Assembly: GCA_030612625.1 (NCBI GenBank) | Contig: JAUWNN010000001.1 | Coordinates: 1-45,923, forward strand | Source: a candidate division WOR-3 bacterium | GTDB lineage: Bacteria > Hydrothermota > Tepidihabitantia > Tepidihabitantales > Tepidihabitantaceae | Reading direction: 5' to 3' | DNA: 45,923 nucleotides | Shown: positions 26,561 to 37,077 of the stretch, piece after piece | Numbering within the stretch: the stretch's first letter is position 1 | Layout: each line of letters begins with the position of its first letter | Program-made: the position numbers and the translations under genes | Notes under the pieces: model-generated | The model's database searches: none | Told to the model about the DNA's origin: nothing | The model's input: the letters and a program-made list of their open reading frames with translations, nothing else

Positions 26561-26758
26561 ATGGCAGGTATTATTGTCAAAGAAGGTGAGTCGTACGAGA
26601 GCTTCATGCGTCGGTTCCGTCGCGCCTGTGAAAGGGCGGGCATCTTGCGCGATGTCAAACGGCGTGAATTCTACGAGAAGCCGAGCGTACGACGGAAGCG
26701 GAAGCTGGCTGAAGCGCGGCGACGCGCCTGGCGTAGACAACACCAGGAGTATCGCTAG
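26561..26758 (+). CDS. rpsU: 30S ribosomal protein S21
   Basis: 65 aa; VKEGESYESFMRRFRRACERAGILRDVKRREFYEKPSVRRKRK. RBS AAAGGAGG. Confidence 0.93.
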   Translation: MAGIIVKEGESYESFMRRFRRACERAGILRDVKRREFYEKPSVRRKRKLAEARRRAWRRQHQEYR

Positions 26759-26786
26759 CCGCGGGCCACAACAGCAGGAGTGGTCA

Positions 26787-29165
26787 TTGGCCGGGCGTAG
26801 CCTTGAACTGTTGGACTTCCCACGCATCAGGGAACTGGTGGCCGGGTTCTGCCGGACACAGATGGGCAAAGAACCGGCACTTGGTATGTTGCCGCGAGCT
26901 GACCCTGAGTGGGTTGCAGAAGAGCTTGACAAGGTGGACGAACTGCTGGCATTGGGTGAAGAGCCAAGTCTGTCCGAAGTGGTAGATGTGCGTGATTTGC
27001 TGACCCGGGCACGGCAGGGAGCAGCGCTCAGCGGTAAGGAGTTGCTGAATGTGAAGCAGGTCTGTGCCGGGATTCGGAGATGCCGGCAGTTTTTTTCCCG
27101 CCGGCGCGACCGGATTCCAAAGGTCTGGCTGATAGCACGTTTGCTTGTTGAACAGGCCGAGTTGGAGCAGGCGGTCGAGAAGGCGCTTGACGATGCCGGG
27201 GAGGTTTGTGATACAGCAACTCCAAGATTGAAACAGACCAGGCAGGAGCTGCGGCGGCGGCGCAACAAGCTGGTTTCTCGCCTGGAGCATATGGCAGCAG
27301 ACCATCCGGACTGGTTTACCGACCGACCAACAGTTCGGCGGGACCGCTTCGTGCTGCCGGTGCGGATTGAGGCACGCGACCGGGTAACCGGAGTGATACA
27401 CGAGAGCTCGGGCACCGGTCATACCCTGTTTGTCGAACCGATGGAGACGGTTGGCGAGCAGAATGAGCTGGCAGAGTTGCGGGGCATTGAGGTTGAGGAG
27501 GTTGCCCGGATTCTGCGGTCCTTGTCCGACTTGGTGGCGGAGCGCGAACAGCAGTTGCGGGCAAGTCTGACCCGGACAGGTAAGATTGACCTGCTGCTGG
27601 CCAAGCGGCGTTTTGCTTTGGAGTTTGACTGCAAACGGCCGGAAATCACTGATGACGGGGGGATTCAACTGGTTGCGGGTCGGCATCCGCTGCTTGTCCG
27701 GAGAAAGGTTCGTGTGGTGCCGCTTGACTTCGGATTCCCGGAAGATGCTCAGGTTGTGTTGATTTCCGGGCCGAATGCGGGCGGCAAAACCGTAGCCATA
27801 AAAACCCTTGGGCTTCTCAGCCTGATGATGGGGTGCGGCATGCATCTGCCGGTAGGTGATGGAGCAAGGCTGCCGCTGTTCCGGGAGGTGTTTGCCGATA
27901 TCGGCGACGAACAGTCGCTTGATTCGGACCTTTCGTCGTTTACCGCCCATATGACAAGGCTGAAGGGTATTCTCGAACAGGCTGACGAGCATAGTCTGGT
28001 CCTGCTTGATGAAATCGGTTCTTCCACTGCTCCGGAAGAAGGGGTTGCGCTGGCAATTGCGGTGCTGGAGATTCTTCGGAATCGCGGAGTCCGGACCGTT
28101 GCCACGAGCCATTTCGGTGTCTTGAAGGTATTCGTGCAGGACCAGCCCGGGATGGTGAACGCGGCAATGGGTTTTCAGGACGGCCAGCCCACCTACCGGT
28201 TGACAATCGGTTTTCCGGGTGAGTCCAGTGCCTTTGAGATAGCGGCCGGTGTCGGGCTGCCCGATGAACTGCTTGAGAAGGCACAGGCACGGTTGGGACG
28301 GGAATGGCTGGACTTGAGTACCAAGCTGCGGGATTTGAATCAGGAGCTGGAGCAGGCCCGGGTGTCCCGGCAGACCGCAAGCGAGGAGCAAGCACGGGCT
28401 GAGCGGCTGAGACTGGAGTACGAGGAGAAGCTTGTCGGGCTGAGGCAGCGGGCAGCAGATGAACAGCAACGACTGCGAGCCGAACAAGAAACTTTCTTAA
28501 GGGAAACCCGGCGCGAGGTTGAGAATCTGGTTCGGCAGATTAAGGAAAGCCAGGCAGAACATGAGGCGGTTGTCAAGGCCAAGCGGTATGTTGAGGACCG
28601 GCTCAAACAGGTGACTGCGACTGCTGCTGAGGTCAAGGAGAAGCATCCTTCATTCGAACTTACGGTCGGAGACGTTGTGGAGTCACGGATGTTCCAGCGC
28701 CGCGGGGTAGTGGCAGACATCAGGCGCGACCAGGTGACAGTGGCGTTCGGGCAGATTCGGATGCAGCTTTCTGCCGATGACCTGACACTCGTGCAATCAG
28801 AAGTCAGACAGAAACAAGAGGTTGCCGAGCCAGGTGAATCATACAGTTTTGAGCCTAAACTGAGTATCAGAGGGATGACCAAGGAACAGGCATCTGAAGC
28901 GGTCAGCCGGTTTCTGGATGAAGCCGGTTGTTTCCGAGCAAAGCAACTGGCGATACTGCATGGCAAGGGAACCGGGGCCTTGCAGAGAATGCTCTGGGAC
29001 CGTCTGCGCAAAGACCCACGGGTAGAGGAACTCCGGTTTGGCGAGGAGTATCAAGGCGGCAGTGGAGTGACTCTCTTGACTTTGAGGATGCCGCGCAGCG
29101 GCAGTTCAGAAAAGAACAAGGAATTTCCTTCTTCTATTCGGCCCGGCGCAAAGCGCCGTCCATAA
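26787..29165 (+). CDS. mutS2: Endonuclease MutS2 (MutS domains III/V plus C-terminal Smr)
   Basis: Walker A ISGPNAGGKT, LLDEIGSST, a long coiled coil and an Smr domain (LSIRGMTKEQA...ILHGKGTGALQ). Start placed at TTG 26787, six nt after AGGAG; the ORF-track start 26574 overlaps rpsU. The last roughly 15 codons lie in a repeat module. Confidence 0.85.
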   Translation: MAGRSLELLDFPRIRELVAGFCRTQMGKEPALGMLPRADPEWVAEELDKVDELLALGEEPSLSEVVDVRDLLTRARQGAALSGKELLNVKQVCAGIRRCRQFFSRRRDRIPKVWLIARLLVEQAELEQAVEKALDDAGEVCDTATPRLKQTRQELRRRRNKLVSRLEHMAADHPDWFTDRPTVRRDRFVLPVRIEARDRVTGVIHESSGTGHTLFVEPMETVGEQNELAELRGIEVEEVARILRSLSDLVAEREQQLRASLTRTGKIDLLLAKRRFALEFDCKRPEITDDGGIQLVAGRHPLLVRRKVRVVPLDFGFPEDAQVVLISGPNAGGKTVAIKTLGLLSLMMGCGMHLPVGDGARLPLFREVFADIGDEQSLDSDLSSFTAHMTRLKGILEQADEHSLVLLDEIGSSTAPEEGVALAIAVLEILRNRGVRTVATSHFGVLKVFVQDQPGMVNAAMGFQDGQPTYRLTIGFPGESSAFEIAAGVGLPDELLEKAQARLGREWLDLSTKLRDLNQELEQARVSRQTASEEQARAERLRLEYEEKLVGLRQRAADEQQRLRAEQETFLRETRREVENLVRQIKESQAEHEAVVKAKRYVEDRLKQVTATAAEVKEKHPSFELTVGDVVESRMFQRRGVVADIRRDQVTVAFGQIRMQLSADDLTLVQSEVRQKQEVAEPGESYSFEPKLSIRGMTKEQASEAVSRFLDEAGCFRAKQLAILHGKGTGALQRMLWDRLRKDPRVEELRFGEEYQGGSGVTLLTLRMPRSGSSEKNKEFPSSIRPGAKRRP

Positions 29166-30832
29166 TGATTAAGCAGGAGACGATTGACCGGGTGAGAACC
29201 GAAACAGACATCGTTGAGCTGATCGGAAGCTATCTGCCGCTGAAAAAGGTGGGACGCAACTACCGGGGGTTGTGTCCTTTTCATCCTGACCGCCGGCCTT
29301 CTTTCTATGTGAGCCCGGAGCGACAGACCTACCACTGCTTCGGGTGCGGAGTCGGCGGGAACGCGGTCGGGTTTGTGATGGCCCAGGAGAAACTGGAGTT
29401 TCCAGAGGCGGTGCGTTTTCTTGCCAACCGGTTGGGTATCGAAGTGGCTGAGCAGTCAAGTGGGCGCAACCAACCGCTTTATGAGGCGTGCGAACAGGCG
29501 ACTCAGTTCTTTGAGCGCCAGCTTGGGCGTTCTGAGGCCGGTCGCCAGTATATCAAGCGACGCGGGCTGAAGCCCGAGACGGTGAAGCGGTTTCGGCTCG
29601 GGTTTGCCCCGGCCGGCAACCGGTTGCGGGGCGAGGCACGCAAGCGGTCGTGGTCTGAGACCGCGCTGGTGCGGGCCGGCCTGCTGGTGAAACGGGACGC
29701 AGGCCTGACCGACTATTTCTATGACCGTTTAGTCTTTCCGATTTTCTCTGTTTCAGGCCGGGTTATCGGGTTCGGAGGCCGGGTGCTTGATGACCGGGAG
29801 CCGAAGTATCTGAACTCCCCGGACACCGAGACGTTCCGTAAAGGGTACAACCTGTACGGCGCGTTTCAGGCAAAGGGGTACATCCGTGAGGAGGTGCCGT
29901 TCCTGGTAGAGGGCAACTTCGATGTTCTGACTCTTGTGGACAAGGGCATAAACAATGTTCTGGCTCCGCTCGGCACCGCACTCACGTCGAACCAGGCGTT
30001 GCTGGTGCACCGGTACAACCGCAGGGTGCTGGTCTGCTTTGACGGCGACGCCGCGGGCCGCAAAGCCACAAGGCGGGCACTTGAAGTGCTGCTACAGTGC
30101 GGTCTGGAGCCGCAGATGATGGTTCTGCCTGAGGGTCTTGACCCGGATGCGTACATCAGGAAGCAGGGCAAAAGCGGGTTTATGAAGCTTGCTTCCCGAG
30201 CGCAGGACCTTGTCGAATTCATTCTTGCCGGGAAGGAGTTCCGGAGTGTGTCGGATGAGCGCGCCGCTTTGCGCGAGACCGTTGGTTTATTGCGGCTGGT
30301 AAGTGACAAGACGACAAGAGAGCTGCATGCCAATCGGCTGGCCGTGCGTTTTAAGGTGGACAAGGAGATGCTGCTGCAACAGGCGTCAGAAACAGGTCCT
30401 GGTTACCAGATGCCGCGAAGCAGCGGCGTTCTGGAGGAGAAACTTCTGGCCGCTGCGGTTCAGTCTCGGGCTCTGGCCCGGGACAGCCGGGATTTCTGTT
30501 TTGCCGATACGCTGACCGACAAGAAGTTGCAGGCGATCGGAAGGCTTGTGGAACAGCTTTGCGATGACCCGAACTTCGGTCCAGCTCTGTTGCTGGACAA
30601 GATTGAGGATGAAGACATCCGAAGAGTGGTGGCCGGGTGGACTTTTGTCGAGCGGTCCTTACCTGAGCCAAATGAGTTCCGGGAGCGGGTGCGGCGGTTA
30701 CGGGCGGCCTGGCTGCACCGGCGTATTGTCGCGGCTCATCAAGATGGCAATGAGCGCGAGGCTGAGATACTAATCAGGGAGCGGAGTGAGCTTCTGAAAG
30801 AGGCCACCCGAGAAAGGAGTAGCCGTCGATGA
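29165..30832 (+). CDS. dnaG: DNA primase
   Basis: Zinc finger [26 protein letters not shown] and [15 protein letters not shown]...CFDGDAAG. Its ATG overlaps the mutS2 TAA (TAATG). Confidence 0.93.
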   Translation: MIKQETIDRVRTETDIVELIGSYLPLKKVGRNYRGLCPFHPDRRPSFYVSPERQTYHCFGCGVGGNAVGFVMAQEKLEFPEAVRFLANRLGIEVAEQSSGRNQPLYEACEQATQFFERQLGRSEAGRQYIKRRGLKPETVKRFRLGFAPAGNRLRGEARKRSWSETALVRAGLLVKRDAGLTDYFYDRLVFPIFSVSGRVIGFGGRVLDDREPKYLNSPDTETFRKGYNLYGAFQAKGYIREEVPFLVEGNFDVLTLVDKGINNVLAPLGTALTSNQALLVHRYNRRVLVCFDGDAAGRKATRRALEVLLQCGLEPQMMVLPEGLDPDAYIRKQGKSGFMKLASRAQDLVEFILAGKEFRSVSDERAALRETVGLLRLVSDKTTRELHANRLAVRFKVDKEMLLQQASETGPGYQMPRSSGVLEEKLLAAAVQSRALARDSRDFCFADTLTDKKLQAIGRLVEQLCDDPNFGPALLLDKIEDEDIRRVVAGWTFVERSLPEPNEFRERVRRLRAAWLHRRIVAAHQDGNEREAEILIRERSELLKEATRERSSRR

Positions 30833-32637
30833 GAAAAAAGAAGAAGGTCAAAACCAGCGAAGGCACCAGGCGTTCTGCTGCTGGTTCCAAGGTCAGCAAG
30901 GAGGCCGGTTCCAGGAAGAAATCCAAAACAACGGCCAAGAAGAGTATCAAACGGGCTTCAACTGCTGCGCCGAAATCCGGTAGCAAGCGGCTGAAGGCAA
31001 AAGAGAAGCCGACCCGAGTGGCGAAGAAAAGGAAAGCCGGGGCCAAGACGAAGCGCGCGGCCTGGCTGGAATTGGTCTACAAGAAGGCGGCTTCTGACAA
31101 GCGGATAACCTATGAGGAGCTTGATGAGCTTCTTCCCGATGATGTTCTGATGTCATCGGAACGGCTTGACGAGCTGATTGCGAAGCTGACTCGCGAGGGG
31201 ATTCGGGTGACTGAGTCGCACAAGGAGGAACCGGTCATCTTCCGCAAAGGACCAAAGCCGACTATTCAGCGCACGGAAGACCCGACCAAATCGTACTTCC
31301 GGGAGCTTTCGAAACTGCCGCTCTTGACCCGCGAGGAGGAAATTCACTACTCCAGGGAGATGGAAGAGGGCTACGAGAATATCATGCAGTTTCTGTTCAG
31401 GCCGGTGGCGATGATACGGGAGCTGGTTGAGGAGTGCGGCGGAGTTGAAGAAGGAACCAAGTCGCTGGACCAGATCGCCCGGGTTGAGTTCGAGTGTTTG
31501 TTCGACCAGAAAGCTCTTTCCCGTGACCGCCAGAAGTTCATCAGCCATGTCCGGAAGATCCGTCGCGAGGCGAACCGGATTGAGGAACTCAGGAGAGGGA
31601 GGAAGTCGGACTCCGATATTCAGGGTCAGTTGGTGGAATCCCGGTACAAGGTCTTCAAGTGGATAAAGAAGCTTTCACTCCAGCATCATCTGGTTAACAG
31701 CTTTCTCAGCGGATTCAAGAAGACGACGGCAAAGGCGCTGGATTATGCCGAGCAATTGCAGCAGGCACGAAATGAGGAGCGCGAGAAGACTGACGAGGTG
31801 AAAGAACTCCGGCGAGACCTGCGGGAAATCCATGCTTTCCTGGGAGGGAACACCGCGGAGATCAAGAGAATGATTGTTGAAATGGAGTTGTGCGACCGGC
31901 GGATACTGGCAGCCCGGGACAAGATGATTGAAGGAAATGTCAGGCTGGTGATTTCTATCGCTAAGCGGTACGTCAATCGCGGTCTGGAATTCGCCGACCT
32001 CCTTGAAGAGGGGAATGTCGGTTTGATCAAGGCAGTGGAGAAGTTCAACTACCGCAAGGGGTTCAAGTTCTCCACTTATGCAACTTGGTGGATAAAGCAG
32101 GCGATAACGCGGGCGATAGCGGACCAGTCGCGGACAGTTCGGGTTCCGGCTCACATTATCGACGCTATCAACAAGGTGTCGAAGCTGCAGCGGAAATTCA
32201 TGCAGCAATTCGGACGTGCGGCAACGGTAGCGGAACTGGCACAGCGGCTTTCTACACCCAAGGAGAAAATCGAGGCATTGACGCGCATATCCCAGTTTGG
32301 TGTGTCTCTGGACAAACCGGTTGACGATGACGAGTCGAGCTTCATCGGCGACTTCATCTGTGATGAGAAGACCGCCTCGCCGTCTCATGGGGCCGGCATA
32401 TCGCTTTTGGGCGAGAAGCTGGAAGATGCCTTGAAGGTGCTTTCCAGGCGGGAGGAAAAGGTGCTTCGGCTGCGTTTTGGACTGGGAGACGGCTGTCCGC
32501 GGACCCTGGAAGAAGTGGGGCAGATTTTTAATATCACCCGCGAGCGGGTGCGCCAGATCGAGGCCAAGGCCCTCAGAAAGCTGCGCCATCCGGTGAGGTT
32601 GAGGAAGTTTGAGGCGCTGAAAGATATGCTGAAATGA
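30829..32637 (+). CDS. rpoD: RNA polymerase sigma factor RpoD with a Lys-rich N-terminal extension
   Basis: Region 2 ([12 protein letters not shown]...[45 protein letters not shown]), region 3 and region 4 ([28 protein letters not shown]). ATGA overlap with dnaG. Confidence 0.95.
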   Translation: MRKKKKVKTSEGTRRSAAGSKVSKEAGSRKKSKTTAKKSIKRASTAAPKSGSKRLKAKEKPTRVAKKRKAGAKTKRAAWLELVYKKAASDKRITYEELDELLPDDVLMSSERLDELIAKLTREGIRVTESHKEEPVIFRKGPKPTIQRTEDPTKSYFRELSKLPLLTREEEIHYSREMEEGYENIMQFLFRPVAMIRELVEECGGVEEGTKSLDQIARVEFECLFDQKALSRDRQKFISHVRKIRREANRIEELRRGRKSDSDIQGQLVESRYKVFKWIKKLSLQHHLVNSFLSGFKKTTAKALDYAEQLQQARNEEREKTDEVKELRRDLREIHAFLGGNTAEIKRMIVEMELCDRRILAARDKMIEGNVRLVISIAKRYVNRGLEFADLLEEGNVGLIKAVEKFNYRKGFKFSTYATWWIKQAITRAIADQSRTVRVPAHIIDAINKVSKLQRKFMQQFGRAATVAELAQRLSTPKEKIEALTRISQFGVSLDKPVDDDESSFIGDFICDEKTASPSHGAGISLLGEKLEDALKVLSRREEKVLRLRFGLGDGCPRTLEEVGQIFNITRERVRQIEAKALRKLRHPVRLRKFEALKDMLK

Positions 32638-32977
32638 GCCGGCTGGGGCTGATTTCCGATACTCATGACAACCTTGGCAAAGTCAGGGTTGCGGTGGAAC
32701 TGTTCAACCGGCTCAAACCGGATATGGTTCTGCACTGTCCCAAGAACCGAAATAGAGCCACGAAGACACGAAGAACACGAAACGGAGATAGGGTGACACC
32801 CTGCGCAGCGCAAGGGTGTCACCCCTACTGCGCAGGGTGTCACCCTTACAAGTTCTGGATCCGGGAGGTTCCGTCTTTCGTGGATTTCGTGATTTCGTGG
32901 CCAAACGTATATCGGTTTTCGGGACTGTGGCGCTGCTGGATACCGACACCGGCATGGTTGAGTTCTTCGACTTGTAG
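32634..32977 (+). pseudogene. Relic of a YfcE/MJ0936-type metallophosphoesterase whose core is replaced by a repeat element
   Basis: The N-terminal 35 codons read [35 protein letters not shown] (DxH motif; ATGA-coupled to rpoD), then run into the repeat at 32736. In a different frame, 32921-32977 reads GTVALLDTDTGMVEFFDL*, a typical C-terminus of this family. The GD, GNHD/E, His and GHTH motifs are missing. Confidence 0.65.
32736..32920. repeat. Mosaic repeat element inside the phosphoesterase relic
   Basis: Contains cccaagaaccgaaatagagccacgaagacacgaagaacacgaaac (also inverted at 240-290), the near-perfect 16-bp hairpin gggtgacaccctgcgc-a-gcgcaagggtgtcaccc (32791-32824) and tttcgtggatttcgtgatttcgtggccaaac. 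Confidence 0.85.
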
Positions 32978-33025
32978 GAGTTTTTCCTGACTCGACAAGA
33001 GACCAAAGCCGTAGTCACAGAGTCG

Positions 33026-33712
33026 GTGCCGAAGTCCGGCCTGTATGTCGTGTCCACCCCGATTGGCAATCTTGGTGATATGACTTTCAGGTCGGTGGAA
33101 GTGCTCACTCAGGTCGATATCGTCGCGTGTGAAGACACAAGGCGGACCGGACTCCTGCTGCAGCATTTCGCCATCCGGAATCATCTTCTGTCCTTTCACG
33201 AACACAACAAGCTACGCCGGACCCCGGAGATTCTGGAGATGCTCAAGAACGGCAAGCGAGTGGCGCTGGTAACCGACGCTGGTACACCCGGGATTTCTGA
33301 CCCCGGCTTTTACCTGATTCGGGCAGCGGTAGAACGTGGATATCGGGTGGTGCCGGTTCCCGGTGCCTCGGCGATACTGACTGCGCTGGTGGTTTCCGGC
33401 TTGCCAACCGACCGGTTTGCTTTTGAGGGTTTCCTGCCAAAGCGTGAGGGCCGTCGTCTCAAGCGGCTTGCCGCTCTCAAAGCAGAGACACGGACGATGG
33501 TATTCTATGAATCGGCAGGAAGGGCGACCCGGCTGCTTTCCGCAATGGTCGAGCTATGGGGTGACCGGAATGTGGTGGTTGGTCGGGAGCTCACAAAGAT
33601 GCACGAAGAGGTGATTCGGGGCAAGATAAGCGAAGTGCTGGCCGGATTGGAAAAACGCCGCTTGAAAGGTGAACTGGTTGTAGTTGTGGCAGGGGATGAA
33701 GGAACAGACTAA
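33026..33712 (+). CDS. rsmI: 16S rRNA (cytidine1402-2'-O)-methyltransferase RsmI
   Basis: GLYVVSTPIGNLGDMTFRSVEVLTQVDIVACEDTR and SDAGTPGISDPG-like VTDAGTPGISDPG. GTG start. Confidence 0.9.
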   Translation: MPKSGLYVVSTPIGNLGDMTFRSVEVLTQVDIVACEDTRRTGLLLQHFAIRNHLLSFHEHNKLRRTPEILEMLKNGKRVALVTDAGTPGISDPGFYLIRAAVERGYRVVPVPGASAILTALVVSGLPTDRFAFEGFLPKREGRRLKRLAALKAETRTMVFYESAGRATRLLSAMVELWGDRNVVVGRELTKMHEEVIRGKISEVLAGLEKRRLKGELVVVVAGDEGTD

Positions 33713-34301
33713 GCGCAAGGGACGGCGGCTGCTGAGTCCGCTTGTCGGTCTTCTTGCAGCTTGCCGGGTGTCACCGACCGCGGTGACCGTGGCAGCCATA
33801 CCGTTGAGCATCGGTGCCGCATATCTTTTTGCCTTGGGTTGGTTCGTATGGGGTGGAGTGCTGGTTGCGCTTGTGGGATTGTGCGACACCATTGACGGTG
33901 AACTGTCCAGAGCTACCGGTCGGAAAAGCGCAATCGGCGCGTTCCTGGATTCACTGGTTGACAGAGTCAGCGAGGCGGTTGTGCTGGGCGGTATCTACTG
34001 GTATTACCAGGCAGTCAATCCTTTGTACGGTCTGATTGCGGTGGCGGCACTTGTATTCTCCATGCTTGTCAGCTATGCCCGAGCCCGAGCCGAAGGGGTC
34101 GGATTCGACTGCCAGGTGGGCTGGTTTGAGCGGCCGGTCAGGGTTCTGGTTCTTCTGGCGGGCGCGTTCGTGCTGGGCCGGACCTACATGCCGATAGCTC
34201 TGGCAGTAATAGCGGCAGGCAGCCTGGGGACTGTTATTCACCGTCTGGTCCATGTTCTGCGCCAGCGGAATAGTGCTTCGCACCAGCCCGGAAGGAAATG
34301 A
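33696..34301 (+). CDS. CDP-alcohol phosphatidyltransferase family protein
   Basis: Signature DTIDGELSRATGRKSAIGAFLDSLVDRVSE (DGx2ARx8Gx3Dx3D pattern) plus multiple TM helices. Start at ATG 33696, overlapping the rsmI end. Confidence 0.8.
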   Translation: MKEQTKRKGRRLLSPLVGLLAACRVSPTAVTVAAIPLSIGAAYLFALGWFVWGGVLVALVGLCDTIDGELSRATGRKSAIGAFLDSLVDRVSEAVVLGGIYWYYQAVNPLYGLIAVAALVFSMLVSYARARAEGVGFDCQVGWFERPVRVLVLLAGAFVLGRTYMPIALAVIAAGSLGTVIHRLVHVLRQRNSASHQPGRK

Positions 34302-34344
34302 GGAGTTCCATTTCTTTGCCCGCCGCAGGCAACAGGAGGTCGAA

Positions 34345-35643
34345 ATGAGTTCCCGGGTTCTTCTTGTCGGGGTTGCTGATTCCAGCCGGTCGCGGTGGGC
34401 CAAGGCGGATTCACTCGATGAGCTGGCGGCCCTTGTCCAGACTGCGGGCGGCAGTGTTGTCGAGCAACTGGTGCAGGTGCGGCAGAAACCGAACCCGGCG
34501 ACTCTGGTGGGCAAGGGGATGGTTGTCCGGCTGGGCCTGATGTGCCAGGAACATAAGATAGACTTGCTCATATTCGATGACGAGTTGAGCCCGACTCAGT
34601 TGCGCAATCTTGAAGAAAGCATCGGTGTCAGGGTCATTGACCGAGCCGCCTTGATTCTGGACATTTTCGCTCTTCATGCCCGCACCGCTGAAGCGAAAAT
34701 ACAGGTGGAACTGGCCCAACTGGAATACCGGCAGAGCCGGCTCACCGGTCTGGGCATAGAGATGTCCCGGCTGGGCGGAGGCATCGGAACCAGGGGACCG
34801 GGTGAGACCCAGCTCGAAGTTGACCGGCGCAGGATTCAGCAGCGGATTGTGACGCTGCGTCGAGGTTTGACCCGCATTGACCGGGAAAGGTTAACCCAGC
34901 GGCGGCGGCGGACCGGTCTTTTCCAGGTGGTGCTGGTCGGATACACGAATGCGGGCAAGTCAACTTTGTTCAATCGGCTCACCCAGGCCCGGGTCAGAGT
35001 GTCGGACCAGCTTTTCGTCACGCTTGACCCCAACACCAAGGCGCTGGACCTGAGCCGGCACATCCGGTTGGTCCTTACCGATACAGTCGGGTTCATTCGG
35101 AGCCTGCCGGTTCAACTGGTCGCCAGTTTCCGTGCAACGCTTTCCGAAGTGCGGGATGCGGACTTGTTGCTGCATGTGGCCGATGCCATTGACAGCCAGG
35201 TTGACCGGAGGATAGACGCTGTCAATGACACTCTGGAACAGGTGGGAGCACAGGACAAGCCGGTGTTTCTTGTTTTCTCCAAGATTGACAAGGTGTTTGA
35301 TGAAGCGGTGCTGGGAAGATTGCGGCGCGGATACAGCAACGCGGTATTCGTGTCCGGGAAGACCGGGGCCGGGGTCGAGCAACTGAAGTCGATGATGCAG
35401 CGTCTTGTTGAGCGCCAGATGGTAAGCCGGAGTTTCACTATCCCTGAGTCGAAATGGGACTTGGTCAGCCTGGTCCGCAGCTCGGGTCGGGTTGTGAAGG
35501 ACGAGGCGCATGATGGCAAGCGCCGGATGGTTGTGCGCGGATTCCGGCCGGTTCTGGGCCGGGTGCGTAAGGAAGTCGACCTGGCGCTGGGTCGGACAAA
35601 CAGAAGGATTCAAGGGGCCAAGGGTTCAACCCTGGAACCCTAG
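34345..35643 (+). CDS. hflX: GTPase HflX
   Basis: HflX N-domain (LDELAALVQTAGG, LIFDDELSPTQLRNLEE, DRAALILDIFALHA, GPGETQLEVDRR) and G domain (VVLVGYTNAGKSTLFN, TDTVGF). ATG 34345 follows AGGAGG. The last roughly 13 codons lie in repeat module B. Confidence 0.9.
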   Translation: MSSRVLLVGVADSSRSRWAKADSLDELAALVQTAGGSVVEQLVQVRQKPNPATLVGKGMVVRLGLMCQEHKIDLLIFDDELSPTQLRNLEESIGVRVIDRAALILDIFALHARTAEAKIQVELAQLEYRQSRLTGLGIEMSRLGGGIGTRGPGETQLEVDRRRIQQRIVTLRRGLTRIDRERLTQRRRRTGLFQVVLVGYTNAGKSTLFNRLTQARVRVSDQLFVTLDPNTKALDLSRHIRLVLTDTVGFIRSLPVQLVASFRATLSEVRDADLLLHVADAIDSQVDRRIDAVNDTLEQVGAQDKPVFLVFSKIDKVFDEAVLGRLRRGYSNAVFVSGKTGAGVEQLKSMMQRLVERQMVSRSFTIPESKWDLVSLVRSSGRVVKDEAHDGKRRMVVRGFRPVLGRVRKEVDLALGRTNRRIQGAKGSTLEP

Positions 35644-35662
35644 AACCCTGGAACCCTTTTTC
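35603..35662 (+). repeat. Module B repeat (ggttcaaggggccaagggttc...cctggaaccc), possibly acting as the hflX terminator
   Basis: The sequence ggattcaaggggccaagggttcaaccctggaaccctagaaccctggaaccc is followed by ttttt. gggttc/gaaccc can pair. Confidence 0.7.
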
Positions 35663-35664
35663 TA

Positions 35665-35853
35665 TTAGTCTTCCGTCTTAATTGCTTCAGTCGGGCAGTC
35701 TTCGGCCGCTTGGCGCGCGCACTCTTCCGCACCTTCTGGGATGACATCCACCTTGAGTTTGGCGGTGTCGTCTTCCATCTCGAAAAGGTCCGGGCAGGTG
35801 GTGACACACAGCTCGCAGCCGGTGCACAACTCTTTGTCGATAGATACCTTCAC
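35665..35853 (-). CDS. Small single-cluster ferredoxin
   Basis: 62 aa; CTGCELC...TCP and ...DCPTEAI cysteine pattern. GTG start after AGGAGG. Confidence 0.85.
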   Translation of the reverse strand: MKVSIDKELCTGCELCVTTCPDLFEMEDDTAKLKVDVIPEGAEECARQAAEDCPTEAIKTED

Positions 35854-35870
35854 TTTACCTCCTGTTACAA

Positions 35871-35925
35871 AAAGGGTTCAAGGGGCCAAGGGTTCGAGGG
35901 TTCAAGTCCTGGAACCCTTTCTTTG
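35871..35925 (+). repeat. Module B repeat copy
   Basis: aaagggttcaaggggccaagggttcgagggttcaagtcctggaaccctttc. Confidence 0.8.
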
Positions 35926-35971
35926 CCTGCCGCTTTGCAGCATCCTTCTAATACTCCCTGCCAGCCGTTTG

Positions 35972-37070
35972 TCAAGAGCTAATTGAATCGGGCCCTGAGC
36001 CGGGTCGGGTGAGAAAGGCGTGGACAAACCGCTCGATTCTGCCGTTCATCACACCTTCGAGGTCATGGGTTTCAACACCGGTGCGGTGGTCCTTCACCAG
36101 TTGGTACGGGAAGAATACATAGGAGCGTATCTGGTGGCCCCAAGCGATGTCGGTCTTTGCCGCATCCAGTTTCTTCCGTTTTTCGTCCTGCTGAAGCTTG
36201 TAGAAATTGTAGAGCCGGGCGCGCAGGATTCTAAGCCCGTTCTGCTTGTTCTGGAACTGGGAGCGCTCGTTCTGGCAACTGACCGCAATGCCGGTGGGGA
36301 TGTGGGTTATTCGGACCGCGGAACTCACTTTGTTGACGTTCTGGCCGCCATGTCCCCCGGCGCGAAAAGTGTCCACTTTGAGGTCGTTTGGGTCGATTTG
36401 GACTTCGATTTCCTCGACCGCGGGATAGACCGAGACCGCGGCGAAACTGGTGTGGCGGCGCTGGTTGGTGTCAAAGGGTGAGATGCGGACCAGCCGGTGG
36501 ACACCGGCCTCGGACTTAAGAAGGCCGTAAGTATTGGTGCCGGTCACCTCGAGGGTGGTGTCCTTGATACCGGCTTCTTCATTGGGCTGGAAGTCAAGCA
36601 TCCGATAGCTGAGTCCCTGGTTTTCGATATACCGTGTGTACATCCGCAACAGCATCTCGGCCCAGTCGCACGATTCAGTGCCTCCTGCCCCGGGGTGGAT
36701 GGAAAGAATCGCGGCCCGGGTGTCCTCAGGAGAGTTGAACATTCCCCGTTCTTCGAGCGCCTGCAACTCCTGTTGGATTTGGGCGAAGTGGTCATTCAGC
36801 TCTTTTGTGACCGATTCGTCTTTCTGGAACAACTGTTCCATTTCCGATGCGTCCTGGAATTCTTTTTCAAGCCGGGCCACGCGGTCCACAATGTCCTGAA
36901 GCGCGGTGATGCGCCGCATCACCTCCTGAGCCCGGGCTGAGTCATTCCAGAACTTCGGGTTGGAGCTTTCGGTAGTGAGTTTTTTCAGTTCGGCCTGGCG
37001 TCCGGTCAGGTCAAAGGAACTCCCGGAGCCCGTGCAGACGGGCGGCCAGGGCGTCTAGCTGCTCGGACAT
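35972..37070 (-). CDS. prfB: Peptide chain release factor 2 (requires a programmed +1 frameshift)
   Basis: Frame 0 reads [22 protein letters not shown] (37070-37011). After a +1 shift it continues [35 protein letters not shown] into ORF 35972..36922, which carries SPF (ISPFD) and GGQ ([10 protein letters not shown]). The total length of 1099 nt equals 3n+1. Confidence 0.93.
37010..37025 (-). promoter_or_regulatory. prfB: prfB +1 frameshift site
   Basis: Minus strand: CGG GAG TTC CTT TGA C, that is an SD-like GGGAG, a 3-nt spacer and the slippery CUU UGA C, as in E. coli prfB. Confidence 0.9.
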
Positions 37071-37077
37071 AGAAAGG

